From positions 1 through 37,837 of the forward strand of contig CAZFCR010000001.1 of NCBI GenBank assembly GCA_964517305.1: a DNA stretch of 37,837 bases. The letters are read 5' to 3'. The notes beneath the pieces were generated by a model. It was not told where the DNA came from and made no database searches. It saw nothing but the letters and a program-made list of their open reading frames with translations. The position numbers and the translations under genes were made by a program. The DNA comes from an uncultured Akkermansia sp. (lineage in GTDB: Bacteria; Bacteroidota; Bacteroidia; B-17B0; Aurantibacillaceae). Every line of letters starts with the position of its first letter. Position 1 is the stretch's first letter. Below are positions 9,268 to 18,806 of this stretch, one piece after another.

Positions 9268-11487
9268 TCAGGCAGTTTGTTTCCCTTTGCTCAGGACCTG
9301 GATGCGTTTTTCGTTTCCAACGATCCATACAATGTCTTTGAGTTCAAACACCAGATCAGATTCAGGATTCAGGATCCTCTCTCCTTTTCTTTCTATGCCA
9401 ACTACCAGGCCCTTGGTGCGTTCGCGGATGCCCGAATGCCTTATGGTCTTGCCTAATAAAGGTGATTCCTTCTGAATAACAAAATGCTGAAGTGATACGC
9501 TCTGTTTGGTTGGCATGAGTTCAGGTTCTCTGATCATCGATTCGAGGTGCGTTCTGAAATTATCCAGCTGATCGTCGGTGCCAATTACCGAGATCACATC
9601 GTGAGGATATAATCGCTGATCGCGTGACGGCACGTTTAAAATATGGTTGCCCCGTTCAATGGCCGCGATGTTAACGCCAAACTCCTCGCGGATGCGGCTT
9701 TCCTCGAGTGTTTTGCCAATGTAATGTGATTCAGCACTCAGCGTAAATACTGCAAGATGGGTATCCCAGGGCGTGAGCAATGGTGCGGCTTGTTGCTGAT
9801 CGTCTCTTTCGTTGAGGTTACTGAGAAAACGCAATTCAATACGCGCGTAAAATTCCCTGATCTTTTTTGAAAAGGCCAGTAATATAACCAGTGTGGCCAG
9901 AACGCCTGCAACGGCTACCCAGGGGGAGAACAGACGACCGAAAAGAAAACCCACAAAAAACAGAGCGAGTAAAATCCTCAGTAACATGAGCGCTACAAGG
10001 GGTACACGCTGTACCGGTTTTACCCACACGTTGGCATAGGCCTGCGGCTGAGTGCGGCGAAAGGCAAGTGCCCAGAGAAAAGGAGAAAGGATAACGAGTG
10101 TAACCGTTGCGGTGAGTGCCTTGCTCCACGAACTTTCTGAAAAAAGAGGCAGAATATATTGAGTACTCAGCAGGATGATGGTGGCGATGATCACTGAAAA
10201 AACCACCATGTTCATAAAATAAAAACGGATGAGGCGCTTCCAGTCGCCGGTATCTTTTACTTCAACGGTGCCTGCGCTGTAACGGTTGATGGCATTGGTT
10301 AAACGGTTGGGCAATTTGTTTTCCAGCAGCCTGTGAACAGCTGGCGAGAGCCTGATCATGAACGGTGTTGTAAAGGTAGTAAGCACCGAAACCGCAACGG
10401 CCACGGGATAAAGAAAATCGCTGGTTACATTTAAACTTAACCCCAGGGTGGCAATGATAAAAGAAAACTCACCGATTTGTGAAAGACTCATGCCTGATTG
10501 CACAGCTATTTTAAGTGGCTGACCCGAAATGAGCGCGCCGATGATAACAAACGTTGGTTTGCCAATGAGTAATATTAAAGTAGCGATCGTGATGGGCCAT
10601 GCGTAATCGATCATGGTTTGCACATTGATGAGCATACCAACAGACACAAAAAAAATGGCACCAAAAAGATCTTTTACCGGTTTCAGCAGGTGTTCTATCT
10701 TTTCGGCTTTGGTAGTTTCTGCCAGAATAGATCCCATGATAAAAGCACCCAATGCCGATGAAAAACCTGCCTGGTTGGCGAGTACCACCATCAAAAAACA
10801 AAGCGCGAGCGATACAATGAGCAGCGTTTCTTCGCTCATCAGTTTGCGGATGGCTTTTAAGAACGATGGCAGAAAAAATATCCCTGAAATAAACCAGAGC
10901 ACCAGGAAAAACGCGAGTTTAAAAATCGAAACCATCATGGTACCGCCCTCAAAGGTGCGGGTAACAGCCACTGTTGACAGTACCACCATCAGCACAACGG
11001 CCACAAGGTCTTCAATGACCAGAACGCCCATTACCACGCCGGTGAATTTCTGGCTTTTAACGCCCAACTCTTCAAAGGCTCTGAAAATAATGGTAGTAGA
11101 AGCAATGGCAAGTATCCCACCAAGAAAAAGGCTGTCCATGCTGGCCCAGCCAAGGAGCGAACCCATGGCATAACCCATGCCCATGGTAAATCCTATACCC
11201 ATGAGGGCAGTTACAACGGCTACACCGCCCACCTTCACGAGCTTTTTAAAACTAAATTCCAGACCAAGGCCAAAAAGCAGGAAGATCACGCCGATTTCGG
11301 CCCAGGTTTGAATGCTGTGGATCTCAACGATGGTAGGGAAAAGATTAAAATTGGGACCAACGAGCAGTCCCGCCACTATATAACCAAGCACCAGAGGCTG
11401 CTTCAGTCTTTTAAAGATCAGTGTGATCACCGCAGCGGCACCAAGTATCAGGCCCAGGTCTGATATCAGATGTGGTAAATGCGACAT
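9268..11487 (-). CDS. CPA2-family cation:proton antiporter with two C-terminal TrkA-C (RCK-C) domains
   Basis: Likely start MSHLPHLI (ATG 11487); LFGLGLEFS, EDL, FFVSVGM and SQIGEFSF motifs; two GKT(L/I)..S.IRE..G....IERG repeats. Confidence 0.9.
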   Translation of the reverse strand: MSHLPHLISDLGLILGAAAVITLIFKRLKQPLVLGYIVAGLLVGPNFNLFPTIVEIHSIQTWAEIGVIFLLFGLGLEFSFKKLVKVGGVAVVTALMGIGFTMGMGYAMGSLLGWASMDSLFLGGILAIASTTIIFRAFEELGVKSQKFTGVVMGVLVIEDLVAVVLMVVLSTVAVTRTFEGGTMMVSIFKLAFFLVLWFISGIFFLPSFLKAIRKLMSEETLLIVSLALCFLMVVLANQAGFSSALGAFIMGSILAETTKAEKIEHLLKPVKDLFGAIFFVSVGMLINVQTMIDYAWPITIATLILLIGKPTFVIIGALISGQPLKIAVQSGMSLSQIGEFSFIIATLGLSLNVTSDFLYPVAVAVSVLTTFTTPFMIRLSPAVHRLLENKLPNRLTNAINRYSAGTVEVKDTGDWKRLIRFYFMNMVVFSVIIATIILLSTQYILPLFSESSWSKALTATVTLVILSPFLWALAFRRTQPQAYANVWVKPVQRVPLVALMLLRILLALFFVGFLFGRLFSPWVAVAGVLATLVILLAFSKKIREFYARIELRFLSNLNERDDQQQAAPLLTPWDTHLAVFTLSAESHYIGKTLEESRIREEFGVNIAAIERGNHILNVPSRDQRLYPHDVISVIGTDDQLDNFRTHLESMIREPELMPTKQSVSLQHFVIQKESPLLGKTIRHSGIRERTKGLVVGIERKGERILNPESDLVFELKDIVWIVGNEKRIQVLSKGKQTA

Positions 11488-11588
11488 AATTTCAAATCGC
11501 AAGATACATATATTTTGCGGCTTGTGATTAAGATCGCGGGCGGCTGGCCAGGCGGGGTTCCGGGAGAACCGTTTCACTGAGACGGCAT

Positions 11589-13583
11589 CTAAAACCTGAT
11601 GCCAATTACCAGCACATCATCGGTTTGAGGGTTGTTGCCTTTCCACGCATTAAATGTTTCTTTAAATACGAGTTTCTGATAAGCCATGCTCTTTGGATGG
11701 ATGTCGGCAATCAGTTCCTTCATGTTGTTGCGTTTGAATTTTTTGTTATCGGGCCCGCCAAACTGATCGGCATAACCATCAGAGAAAAGGTAGAGACAGT
11801 CGCCCTTTTCAACTTGTACCCTGTTTGTTTCGAAGGCCTTTGCCGTGTGGTCAAAAAAACTGTGACCAATACTGACCTTTCTGGTACTGAGTGTGCTGAT
11901 TTCACCGTTCCTGAGAATAAAATGACCAAACCTGGCCACACTGTACTCAAGAATCATCTCTTTTTCATCAAAAGCAAAAATGCTGATGTCCATCCCGTCC
12001 GCAACAATGTCGTCTGTTTTTTTGCCCTGGGCCAGCAACTGGTTAAAATCCTGGTCGAGCAGGTTCAGAATAGCACCGGGTTCTGAACGGCCGGATTGTT
12101 TGATGTGTTTGTGAATGGTGTTGATGCCGAGCACACTCATCATGGCACCGGGAACGCCGTGGCCGGTGCAGTCGGCCGCTACTAACATTTTTTTCTCCTG
12201 TCCGGGTTCGCCGTTGGTAAAACAAAGAAAAAAGTCGCCCGACACCACGTCTTTGGCTTTTGTAAATACAAAACTATCGGCAAATATGTTTTTCAGATCT
12301 GAGGAGCCCGACTGAATGGCCCGCTGAATGCGTTTGGCGTAAAGCAGGCTGTCGCGGATATCTTTATTTTTAGCGACCAGCAGTTTTTTGCGTACGCTCA
12401 GCTGATTGTTTTTACGCAACAGGGTATGGTATTGCTCTTCAATGTGGCGGCGCTGCGCCAGGATCTCATTTTTTTGCTGACTGATTTCCAGCGTGCGCTC
12501 ATTGACCTTCTCCCTGAAAAAATTTGTAAAAATATTCAGCTCTCTTGCCATTTTCAGAAAACCGGTGTTGATCAGGTTAAACTCTTTGATCCTTGAGCGC
12601 GAAAAAGCTGCCTCTTCAAATTTAAAACCAGACTCAATGTAATTGCTGAACGCGCCCGTTACGCCTTTCACCGAGTTACTGATCTGTCTTGTGATCACAA
12701 CCATGGTTATAACCAGCACAATGATTAGTAAAATCACAACCACCACCGTATCACGAGCCAGTTTTTGTTTGTGGGACATGTCGTGTTTTTGCAGTTCAGC
12801 ATCCAGTTGTCCGATGGTGTCACCGGCCTGGGAGAAGGCGAGTGATACCTTGTTCAGCAATCCGCTTTTGCCGCGGATGCCAATGCGGCTCTCGATGCGT
12901 GATAACTGCATAAAACAACGGTGATAAAAAAACAGGTCGCGCATCAATGCGTTTGTATTTTGAGAAGCCAGACCGGGATCTGTTTTTAAAAACGCAATAA
13001 ATTCGCTTGTTACCTGATTAAACTGGTGCACATAAGTCAGGTCTTTCCGTAACAGAAAATCTTTTTCATGCCGCCGCAATCTCAGGCAGAAGTGTTGCAC
13101 ACGAAGGTTGTCGAACTCAAAAATCCGATGGGCGTATTCACGCATGTCGCCCTCAAGACCATAGTTTTTAAAACCCTTGATCTTGTACAGCGCAAAAAGT
13201 TGTTCATGGCTGTCGGTGAAATGGTCGAGGTTCACGCTGAGCTCCCTGCTTTTATCCAGCATGTTATATTTCGAGATGAGAATGGAGTGACGCAGTTTTT
13301 TGTTCAATTGATGGATGTCTCTGCTGAGCTTTGCAAAGCGAACCTCCGTTGCTGAAAAACGAGTGGTGTAAAACTGATTGTTGTTCTGATCGCCGGAAAG
13401 GATCTCGTCTTTGAGGCTGTTGATATCATACAGCAGGATACGCAGGGTTTTAAGCTGGTTATTGAGTTCGGCAAACTTTTTTGACTGGTTAATAGCATGA
13501 AAAAAAAGACCGATACCAGTAAGGCATATAAAAAGAACGGTAACAAAAGAAAAAATAAGCCAGGAACGTAAACTAGTCGCCAT
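11589..13583 (-). CDS. Membrane-anchored sensor PP2C/SpoIIE (RsbU-like) Ser/Thr phosphatase
   Basis: Two TM helices flanking a helical periplasmic domain (LRRHEKDFLLR), a coiled coil, then PP2C motifs VSGDF, ADCTGHGVPG, GMD, SDGYADQFGG, QTDD. Confidence 0.88.
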   Translation of the reverse strand: MATSLRSWLIFSFVTVLFICLTGIGLFFHAINQSKKFAELNNQLKTLRILLYDINSLKDEILSGDQNNNQFYTTRFSATEVRFAKLSRDIHQLNKKLRHSILISKYNMLDKSRELSVNLDHFTDSHEQLFALYKIKGFKNYGLEGDMREYAHRIFEFDNLRVQHFCLRLRRHEKDFLLRKDLTYVHQFNQVTSEFIAFLKTDPGLASQNTNALMRDLFFYHRCFMQLSRIESRIGIRGKSGLLNKVSLAFSQAGDTIGQLDAELQKHDMSHKQKLARDTVVVVILLIIVLVITMVVITRQISNSVKGVTGAFSNYIESGFKFEEAAFSRSRIKEFNLINTGFLKMARELNIFTNFFREKVNERTLEISQQKNEILAQRRHIEEQYHTLLRKNNQLSVRKKLLVAKNKDIRDSLLYAKRIQRAIQSGSSDLKNIFADSFVFTKAKDVVSGDFFLCFTNGEPGQEKKMLVAADCTGHGVPGAMMSVLGINTIHKHIKQSGRSEPGAILNLLDQDFNQLLAQGKKTDDIVADGMDISIFAFDEKEMILEYSVARFGHFILRNGEISTLSTRKVSIGHSFFDHTAKAFETNRVQVEKGDCLYLFSDGYADQFGGPDNKKFKRNNMKELIADIHPKSMAYQKLVFKETFNAWKGNNPQTDDVLVIGIRF

Positions 13584-13590
13584 AAAGCGG

Positions 13591-13635
13591 CAAAATTAAA
13601 GGAGAGAGAGAGGAACCTTGTTAAGTAATCGTTAT
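13591..13635 (-). promoter_or_regulatory. Promoter of the PP2C gene: -7 element plus Pho-box-like direct repeat
   Basis: TAATTTTG at 13598-13591; half-sites ATAACG (13635-13630) and TTAACA (13624-13619) with 11-bp period; 20 nt to the -7 element. Confidence 0.6.
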
Positions 13636-13716
13636 CCTAAGGAGAACTAAATTTTGTATAAAAACACCTTTCATTGGGTTTTCTGTTCAATTTTTTCCCC
13701 AATAAACTGCCAGATG

Positions 13717-13773
13717 CTTAACAATGCCTTAACATATACTTTAATTTAAAATGATTTAGTAAGATTTACTTTG
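13717..13773 (+). promoter_or_regulatory. Promoter of the porin gene with Pho-box-like repeat
   Basis: CTTAACA at 13717 and 13728 (11-bp period), degenerate TTTAAT at 13740, then TTACTTTG 13766-13773 after 20 nt. Confidence 0.7.
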
Positions 13774-13793
13774 CACCTATTTAAATAAGCAAC

Positions 13794-14999
13794 ATGAGAA
13801 AGTACTTTTTTCCGATTATTATATTTACAATAATATCGCTGTCTGTTACGGCTCAAAATCCTTCACCGTATTTCAGCTATAAAAATGGACTGGGCTTCAC
13901 GACTCCCGATAGTTCTTATTCAATGAATATCAGATTCAGGATGCAGAATCGTGCTATGATGAACACAGTTAGTGATGAAGATCTGAGCCCAGGGTCGTTT
14001 GAAGGCCGCGTAAGACGTTGTCGTCTATCATTTACGGGTCATGTCGTAAATCCAAGATTAAGTTATTATCTACAGTTGTCCTTCTCGAGAGGCGATATGG
14101 ACTGGTCAGTAACTGAATCTACCACCCAGAATGTGAGTCCCAATGTAGTCCGTGACGCCGTCGTTTATTATGCTGCGGCACGCAACTGGCAGATAGGAAT
14201 GGGTCAGACAAAACTCCCGGGGAACCGGCAAAGGGTGATCTCCTCGGGCTCACAGCAGTTTTACGACAGATCTATTGTTAATGCCACCTTTACACCAGAT
14301 CGTGATTTTGGGATATTTTCGAACTATACAATCAAAGGCAATGGCGCTTTTGTAACGATATTTAAAACTGCCATTTCTACCGGTGAAGGCAGAAACTCGA
14401 ACTTAAGTAATTATGGGCTGGCTTATACTGCACGGCTTGAATTTCTGCCGCTGGGCGCTTTTACCGAGGGCGGAGATTATTTTGAGGGCGATGTGCTTCG
14501 GGAAGAAAAACCGAAGTTAAGTATTGCAGGCGGATATATGTTGAACGACCAGGCGGTTCGTACTGGGGGCCAGCTGGGGAGAGACCTGCTTGGCGCAAAG
14601 TCATTTAATCTTTACATGGCCGATTTGCTTTTTAAATACAAAGGGTTTGCTTTTTACAGCGAATATATCCGACGCGATGCTGCTAATCCTTATGTTTTGG
14701 GAAGCGACGGAAAAACACGATTTGTTCCTATCGGCGATGGGATTAACAACCAGCTCAGTTATTGTTTCAAAAACAAATGGGAGATTGCTGTGCGTCAGGC
14801 GTTGGTGAGTCCGCATCGCGATGAACTGACGGTGTTCAACCAGACTGAAGAATATGTTCTGGGTATAGGTAAATACCTCAATAATCACAAAGTTAAGGCT
14901 CAGTTTAACTTGGGGTACAATCGGGAAAGAAACCTCGCCACACAGCAGTATACTAATAGTTTCTACCGCGCGGTCTTCCAGGTGGAATTAGGAATTTAA
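13794..14999 (+). CDS. Phosphate-selective porin (OprO/OprP-like family)
   Basis: Signal peptide ..VTA|Q; RRCRLSFTG, GQTKLPGNRQRVISSG and DRDFG motifs; sits upstream of Pit. Confidence 0.85.
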   Translation: MRKYFFPIIIFTIISLSVTAQNPSPYFSYKNGLGFTTPDSSYSMNIRFRMQNRAMMNTVSDEDLSPGSFEGRVRRCRLSFTGHVVNPRLSYYLQLSFSRGDMDWSVTESTTQNVSPNVVRDAVVYYAAARNWQIGMGQTKLPGNRQRVISSGSQQFYDRSIVNATFTPDRDFGIFSNYTIKGNGAFVTIFKTAISTGEGRNSNLSNYGLAYTARLEFLPLGAFTEGGDYFEGDVLREEKPKLSIAGGYMLNDQAVRTGGQLGRDLLGAKSFNLYMADLLFKYKGFAFYSEYIRRDAANPYVLGSDGKTRFVPIGDGINNQLSYCFKNKWEIAVRQALVSPHRDELTVFNQTEEYVLGIGKYLNNHKVKAQFNLGYNRERNLATQQYTNSFYRAVFQVELGI

Positions 15000-15040
15000 C
15001 AATAACTTAACATTAGCCATACGTATATACTTTAGTTTTA
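14996..15040 (+). promoter_or_regulatory. Internal promoter of pit with Pho-box-like repeat overlapping the porin stop codon
   Basis: TTAACA 14996-15001 and 15007-15012; TAGTTTTA 15033-15040 after 20 nt. Confidence 0.6.
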
Positions 15041-15063
15041 CACACCTTTTATAGCTTATTACC

Positions 15064-16467
15064 ATGTTCGGACTCGACACTACACTGACTGTATTACTGA
15101 TCCTCTGTATTCTGCTGGCCTGTTTTTTTGAATTCATCAACGGTTTTCACGATACGGCCAACGCTGTTGCCACGGTTATCTACACCAATTCCTTAAAACC
15201 TACCGTGGCGGTAGTTTACAGCGGTATCCTCAATTTTGCAGGCGTGATGCTGGGTGGAATTGCCGTAGCCATGGGCATTGTAAATTTATTACCGATGGAT
15301 GTGCTGGTGGATGCCAATCCTTATCACGGCATTGCCATGGTGATGGCACTTCTGATCAGTGCCATTATCTGGAATTTCGGAACATGGTATTTTGGGATTC
15401 CTTCCTCAAGTTCCCACACACTTATTGGTTCTATTTTAGGCATCGGTCTCGCTTTTTATTTTTTACCTGGAGAAGTCGGCGGAAGCGCCGTTAACTGGGA
15501 TAAAGCCAAAGACACGGGGATGGCTTTGCTTTTAAGTCCGCTGCTTGGTTTTTCGGTGGCCATCATCGTAATGTTTATTTTTAAACGACTCATCAAGAAT
15601 GACATCATCTACAAAGAGCCCATTCCTGGTAAAAAACCGCCGATCTGGATCAGGATGCTGCTCTGGATCACCTGTGGAATGGTGAGTTTTTTTCACGGTC
15701 AGAACGATGGCCAGAAGGGCGTGGGTTTGATCATGCTTATTCTCATCGCTGTGTTGCCGGGTCACTACGCGGTTGATTCGAGCGTGAACCTGCAAAGCAT
15801 TGAAGCGCACGTGAATAAAGTTGAAACCCTGATCCTGAAAGCCGACACCACCGTGCTCGCCAAAAAAGAAAAACAGCTTTTCAGAGACATTGTGACGCAT
15901 GCCGAACATTTCAGGATCGCAACAACGGGGCATTTTAATTCAACCGACATTGAAACACAGGACCGTTTCGCACTTCGTAAAGACATCATCAAAATTACAA
16001 AAGGGTCCGATAAACTGATTAACGGCGGAAACCTCACGCTGAGTCTTAATGAACAGAAAGAACTGGGCAAAGAGATCAAGGCAAGTAAAAAACTGGTTGA
16101 ATTTGCACCTTCATGGGTGATCATCATGATTTCGGTTTGTCTTGGCCTGGGTACCATGGTTGGCTGGAAACGTATTGTAAAAACTGTTGGAGAAAAGATC
16201 GGTAAACAACACATGAGTTATGCGCAGGGCGCGAGTGCTGAAATTGTAGCTTCGATAGGAATTGGTCTCGCCAGCTGGAAAGGCTTACCGGTGAGTACCA
16301 CACACATGTTGTCTTCTGGTATCGCGGGTTCAATGGTGGCTAAAAAGGGATTAAAAAATCTTCAGAAAGGCACTGTAAAAACCATCGCGCTGGCCTGGCT
16401 GTTCACACTTCCGGTAACCATCATCCTTTCAGGGGGATTGTTTCTGCTCTTCAGGGCGATTCTGTAA
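15064..16467 (+). CDS. pitA: Inorganic phosphate transporter, PiT family
   Basis: NGFHDTANAVAT, PSSSSH, HGQNDGQK and PVSTTH signature motifs. Confidence 0.93.
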   Translation: MFGLDTTLTVLLILCILLACFFEFINGFHDTANAVATVIYTNSLKPTVAVVYSGILNFAGVMLGGIAVAMGIVNLLPMDVLVDANPYHGIAMVMALLISAIIWNFGTWYFGIPSSSSHTLIGSILGIGLAFYFLPGEVGGSAVNWDKAKDTGMALLLSPLLGFSVAIIVMFIFKRLIKNDIIYKEPIPGKKPPIWIRMLLWITCGMVSFFHGQNDGQKGVGLIMLILIAVLPGHYAVDSSVNLQSIEAHVNKVETLILKADTTVLAKKEKQLFRDIVTHAEHFRIATTGHFNSTDIETQDRFALRKDIIKITKGSDKLINGGNLTLSLNEQKELGKEIKASKKLVEFAPSWVIIMISVCLGLGTMVGWKRIVKTVGEKIGKQHMSYAQGASAEIVASIGIGLASWKGLPVSTTHMLSSGIAGSMVAKKGLKNLQKGTVKTIALAWLFTLPVTIILSGGLFLLFRAIL

Positions 16468-16503
16468 CCCGGCGTTTGTTTTTAAAAAGCTTATTTTTAT
16501 TCT

Positions 16504-17016
16504 GTGACTGAGAAACACAGAAAAGTGGTTTTGTACGCGGGATTGTGCCTGCTGTTTCTCCATTTTGTATTTGTCGGCTGGTATGTGAGCCCTTTTTCCC
16601 GGAAACACTACCCGGCTTTTGTGCTCACTTATGTTTCTTCTTTTTTCCACCAGAACTGGTTATTGTTTGCGCCGCCGCCCTCAGAAAATTATTACCTGTT
16701 TGCTTTTTACGCGCAGGGTGATAGTCTGAAAAAGACAGAGATAGTTGGTCCGCTGATCTCAGCGCATGAGCGCAACCGCCTCGCAGGTCATGAAGCCATA
16801 CTGACGAGTTTTGTGAATCACATCCATTATTTTGAAAAAACCACCACACAGCGATATCCATTAAATGGCCCCGTAAAAGGCGATCGTAATTTTGAAATGC
16901 TGCGTCACAGTCTTGCGGGTTATCTCAAATACCTGTACGGAAAAGATGCCCGTCTGCAGCGTTGTGTGTTATACGTAGCGCCATTAAACGAAAAAGGACG
17001 GGTTTATTTTGATTAG
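16504..17016 (+). CDS. DUF5819 / SdpA-like membrane-anchored protein
   Basis: N-terminal TM helix followed by FFHQNWLLFAPPP motif; GTG start. Confidence 0.6.
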   Translation: MTEKHRKVVLYAGLCLLFLHFVFVGWYVSPFSRKHYPAFVLTYVSSFFHQNWLLFAPPPSENYYLFAFYAQGDSLKKTEIVGPLISAHERNRLAGHEAILTSFVNHIHYFEKTTTQRYPLNGPVKGDRNFEMLRHSLAGYLKYLYGKDARLQRCVLYVAPLNEKGRVYFD

Positions 17017-17087
17017 CTTCAGTTTTTTTGGCTTTACATTTCCTGATTAATCCTTTAATTTCAGGCTTTTCATTTAAAACCATACTT

Positions 17088-18779
17088 ATGCAACGCAGAT
17101 ATGTTCAACCCGATTTTACCGTAACTACCTGGGATTTATTAAAACCTTATTTCGACGAATTGCTGCAACGCGACATAGGCTCCGTAGACGCGCTTGAACA
17201 CTGGCTGAAAGATTACAGCGAACTGAGCGCGCTGGTGAGCGAAAACATGGCCTGGCGGTATATTAAAATGACCTGCGATACGGCGAACGTTGCTCTCCGC
17301 GACAGTTACAACGATTTTGTTCAGAACATCGAACCCAACATGGCGCCCATTGCCAACGAGTTGAATAAAAAGATCATCGAGAGCCCGTACAAGGATCAGC
17401 TCACCAAACCTGGATACAGCATTTATCTGCGCGGCATCCGCAACGCCATTGAACTTTTCAGGGAAGAAAATATCCCGCTTAACACACAGCTCCAGGAACT
17501 TGAGCAACAGTTCGGCGCCATCAGTGGCGAACAAAGTGTAGAATACAAGGGCGAGAAAATGACGATGCAGAAAGCTTCTGTTTTTTTAAAGGACCTCGAC
17601 CGGGGCGTGAGAGAAGAAGTGTATCGCAAAGTGCAGGACCGCCGTGCACAGGATGAAGCGGCGCTGAACGACTTGTACGACAAACTGATTTTTATCCGCA
17701 ACAAAGTGGCCATGAATGCCGGCTTTAAAAATTTCAGGGATTTTAAACACCAGGCCCTCGCCCGTTTCGATTATTCTGTGCAGGATTGTCTTGATTTTCA
17801 TGAAGCGGTGAAACTGCACGCTGTGCCATTGCTGAATGAACATGACATGCGGAGAAAAAGCAGGTTAAAGCTTGATGATTACAGGCCATGGGACACTTCT
17901 GTTGATGAAGAAGGTTTGCCGCCGCTTAAACCATTCGGCAGCGCGAGGGAATTGATTGACAAAACGATCACCTGTTTTAATAAACTAGATCCGTTTTTCG
18001 GAGATTGTATCAAAACAATGGATGAGATGGGTCGCCTGGATCTGGAAAGCAGACTGGGCAAAGCACCCGGCGGTTATCAGTATCCGCTGTATGAAACGGA
18101 TGTGCCTTTTATTTTTATGAATTCAGTTGGTTTGCACCGCGACCTCGTGACCATGGTGCATGAGGGTGGCCATGCCATACATTCATTTTTAGACAGGGAT
18201 CTGGACCTGGTGGAATTTAAGTCGCCACCAAGCGAAGTAGCCGAGCTCGCGAGCATGAGTATGGAATTGCTCAGCATGGAACACTGGGATGTGTTTTTCG
18301 ACAAACCTGAAGAATTAAAACGCGCCAAACGTCAGCAGCTGGAAGGGGTGATGGACACACTTCCCTGGATCGCCGCCATCGATAAATTCCAGCACTGGGT
18401 TTATGAGAACCCGGGCCACAACGCGGAAGGCCGATACAAGACCTGGCAGAACATCATGCAGGAGTTTGGCAGCAGCATCGTGAATTTTAAAGATCTTGAA
18501 GATCATCTGAAACGCCGCTGGCAGGTGCAACTGCACTTGTTTGAAGTGCCTTTTTATTATATCGAATATGGATTTGCTCAGCTTGGCGCTGTAGCCGTGT
18601 GGCGCAACTACAAACTCAATCCGGCGGAAGCCATTAAAAACTACAAACAGGCGCTTGCGCTCGGTTACACAAAGTCTATCCCGGAGATTTATGAAGCAGC
18701 CGGCATTCGTTTCGACTTCAGCCCCGCTTACATCAAAGAATTGATGGATTTTGTAAAAAAAGAATACGAGGCTATTTAG
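17088..18779 (+). CDS. pepF: M3B-family oligoendopeptidase F
   Basis: Likely start MQRRYV (ATG 17088); GKAPGGY, HEGGH zinc motif, EVAELASM, PFYYIEY. Confidence 0.88.
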   Translation: MQRRYVQPDFTVTTWDLLKPYFDELLQRDIGSVDALEHWLKDYSELSALVSENMAWRYIKMTCDTANVALRDSYNDFVQNIEPNMAPIANELNKKIIESPYKDQLTKPGYSIYLRGIRNAIELFREENIPLNTQLQELEQQFGAISGEQSVEYKGEKMTMQKASVFLKDLDRGVREEVYRKVQDRRAQDEAALNDLYDKLIFIRNKVAMNAGFKNFRDFKHQALARFDYSVQDCLDFHEAVKLHAVPLLNEHDMRRKSRLKLDDYRPWDTSVDEEGLPPLKPFGSARELIDKTITCFNKLDPFFGDCIKTMDEMGRLDLESRLGKAPGGYQYPLYETDVPFIFMNSVGLHRDLVTMVHEGGHAIHSFLDRDLDLVEFKSPPSEVAELASMSMELLSMEHWDVFFDKPEELKRAKRQQLEGVMDTLPWIAAIDKFQHWVYENPGHNAEGRYKTWQNIMQEFGSSIVNFKDLEDHLKRRWQVQLHLFEVPFYYIEYGFAQLGAVAVWRNYKLNPAEAIKNYKQALALGYTKSIPEIYEAAGIRFDFSPAYIKELMDFVKKEYEAI

Positions 18780-18806
18780 TTTTAGATTGTATTCATGAAG
18801 CGGAGG

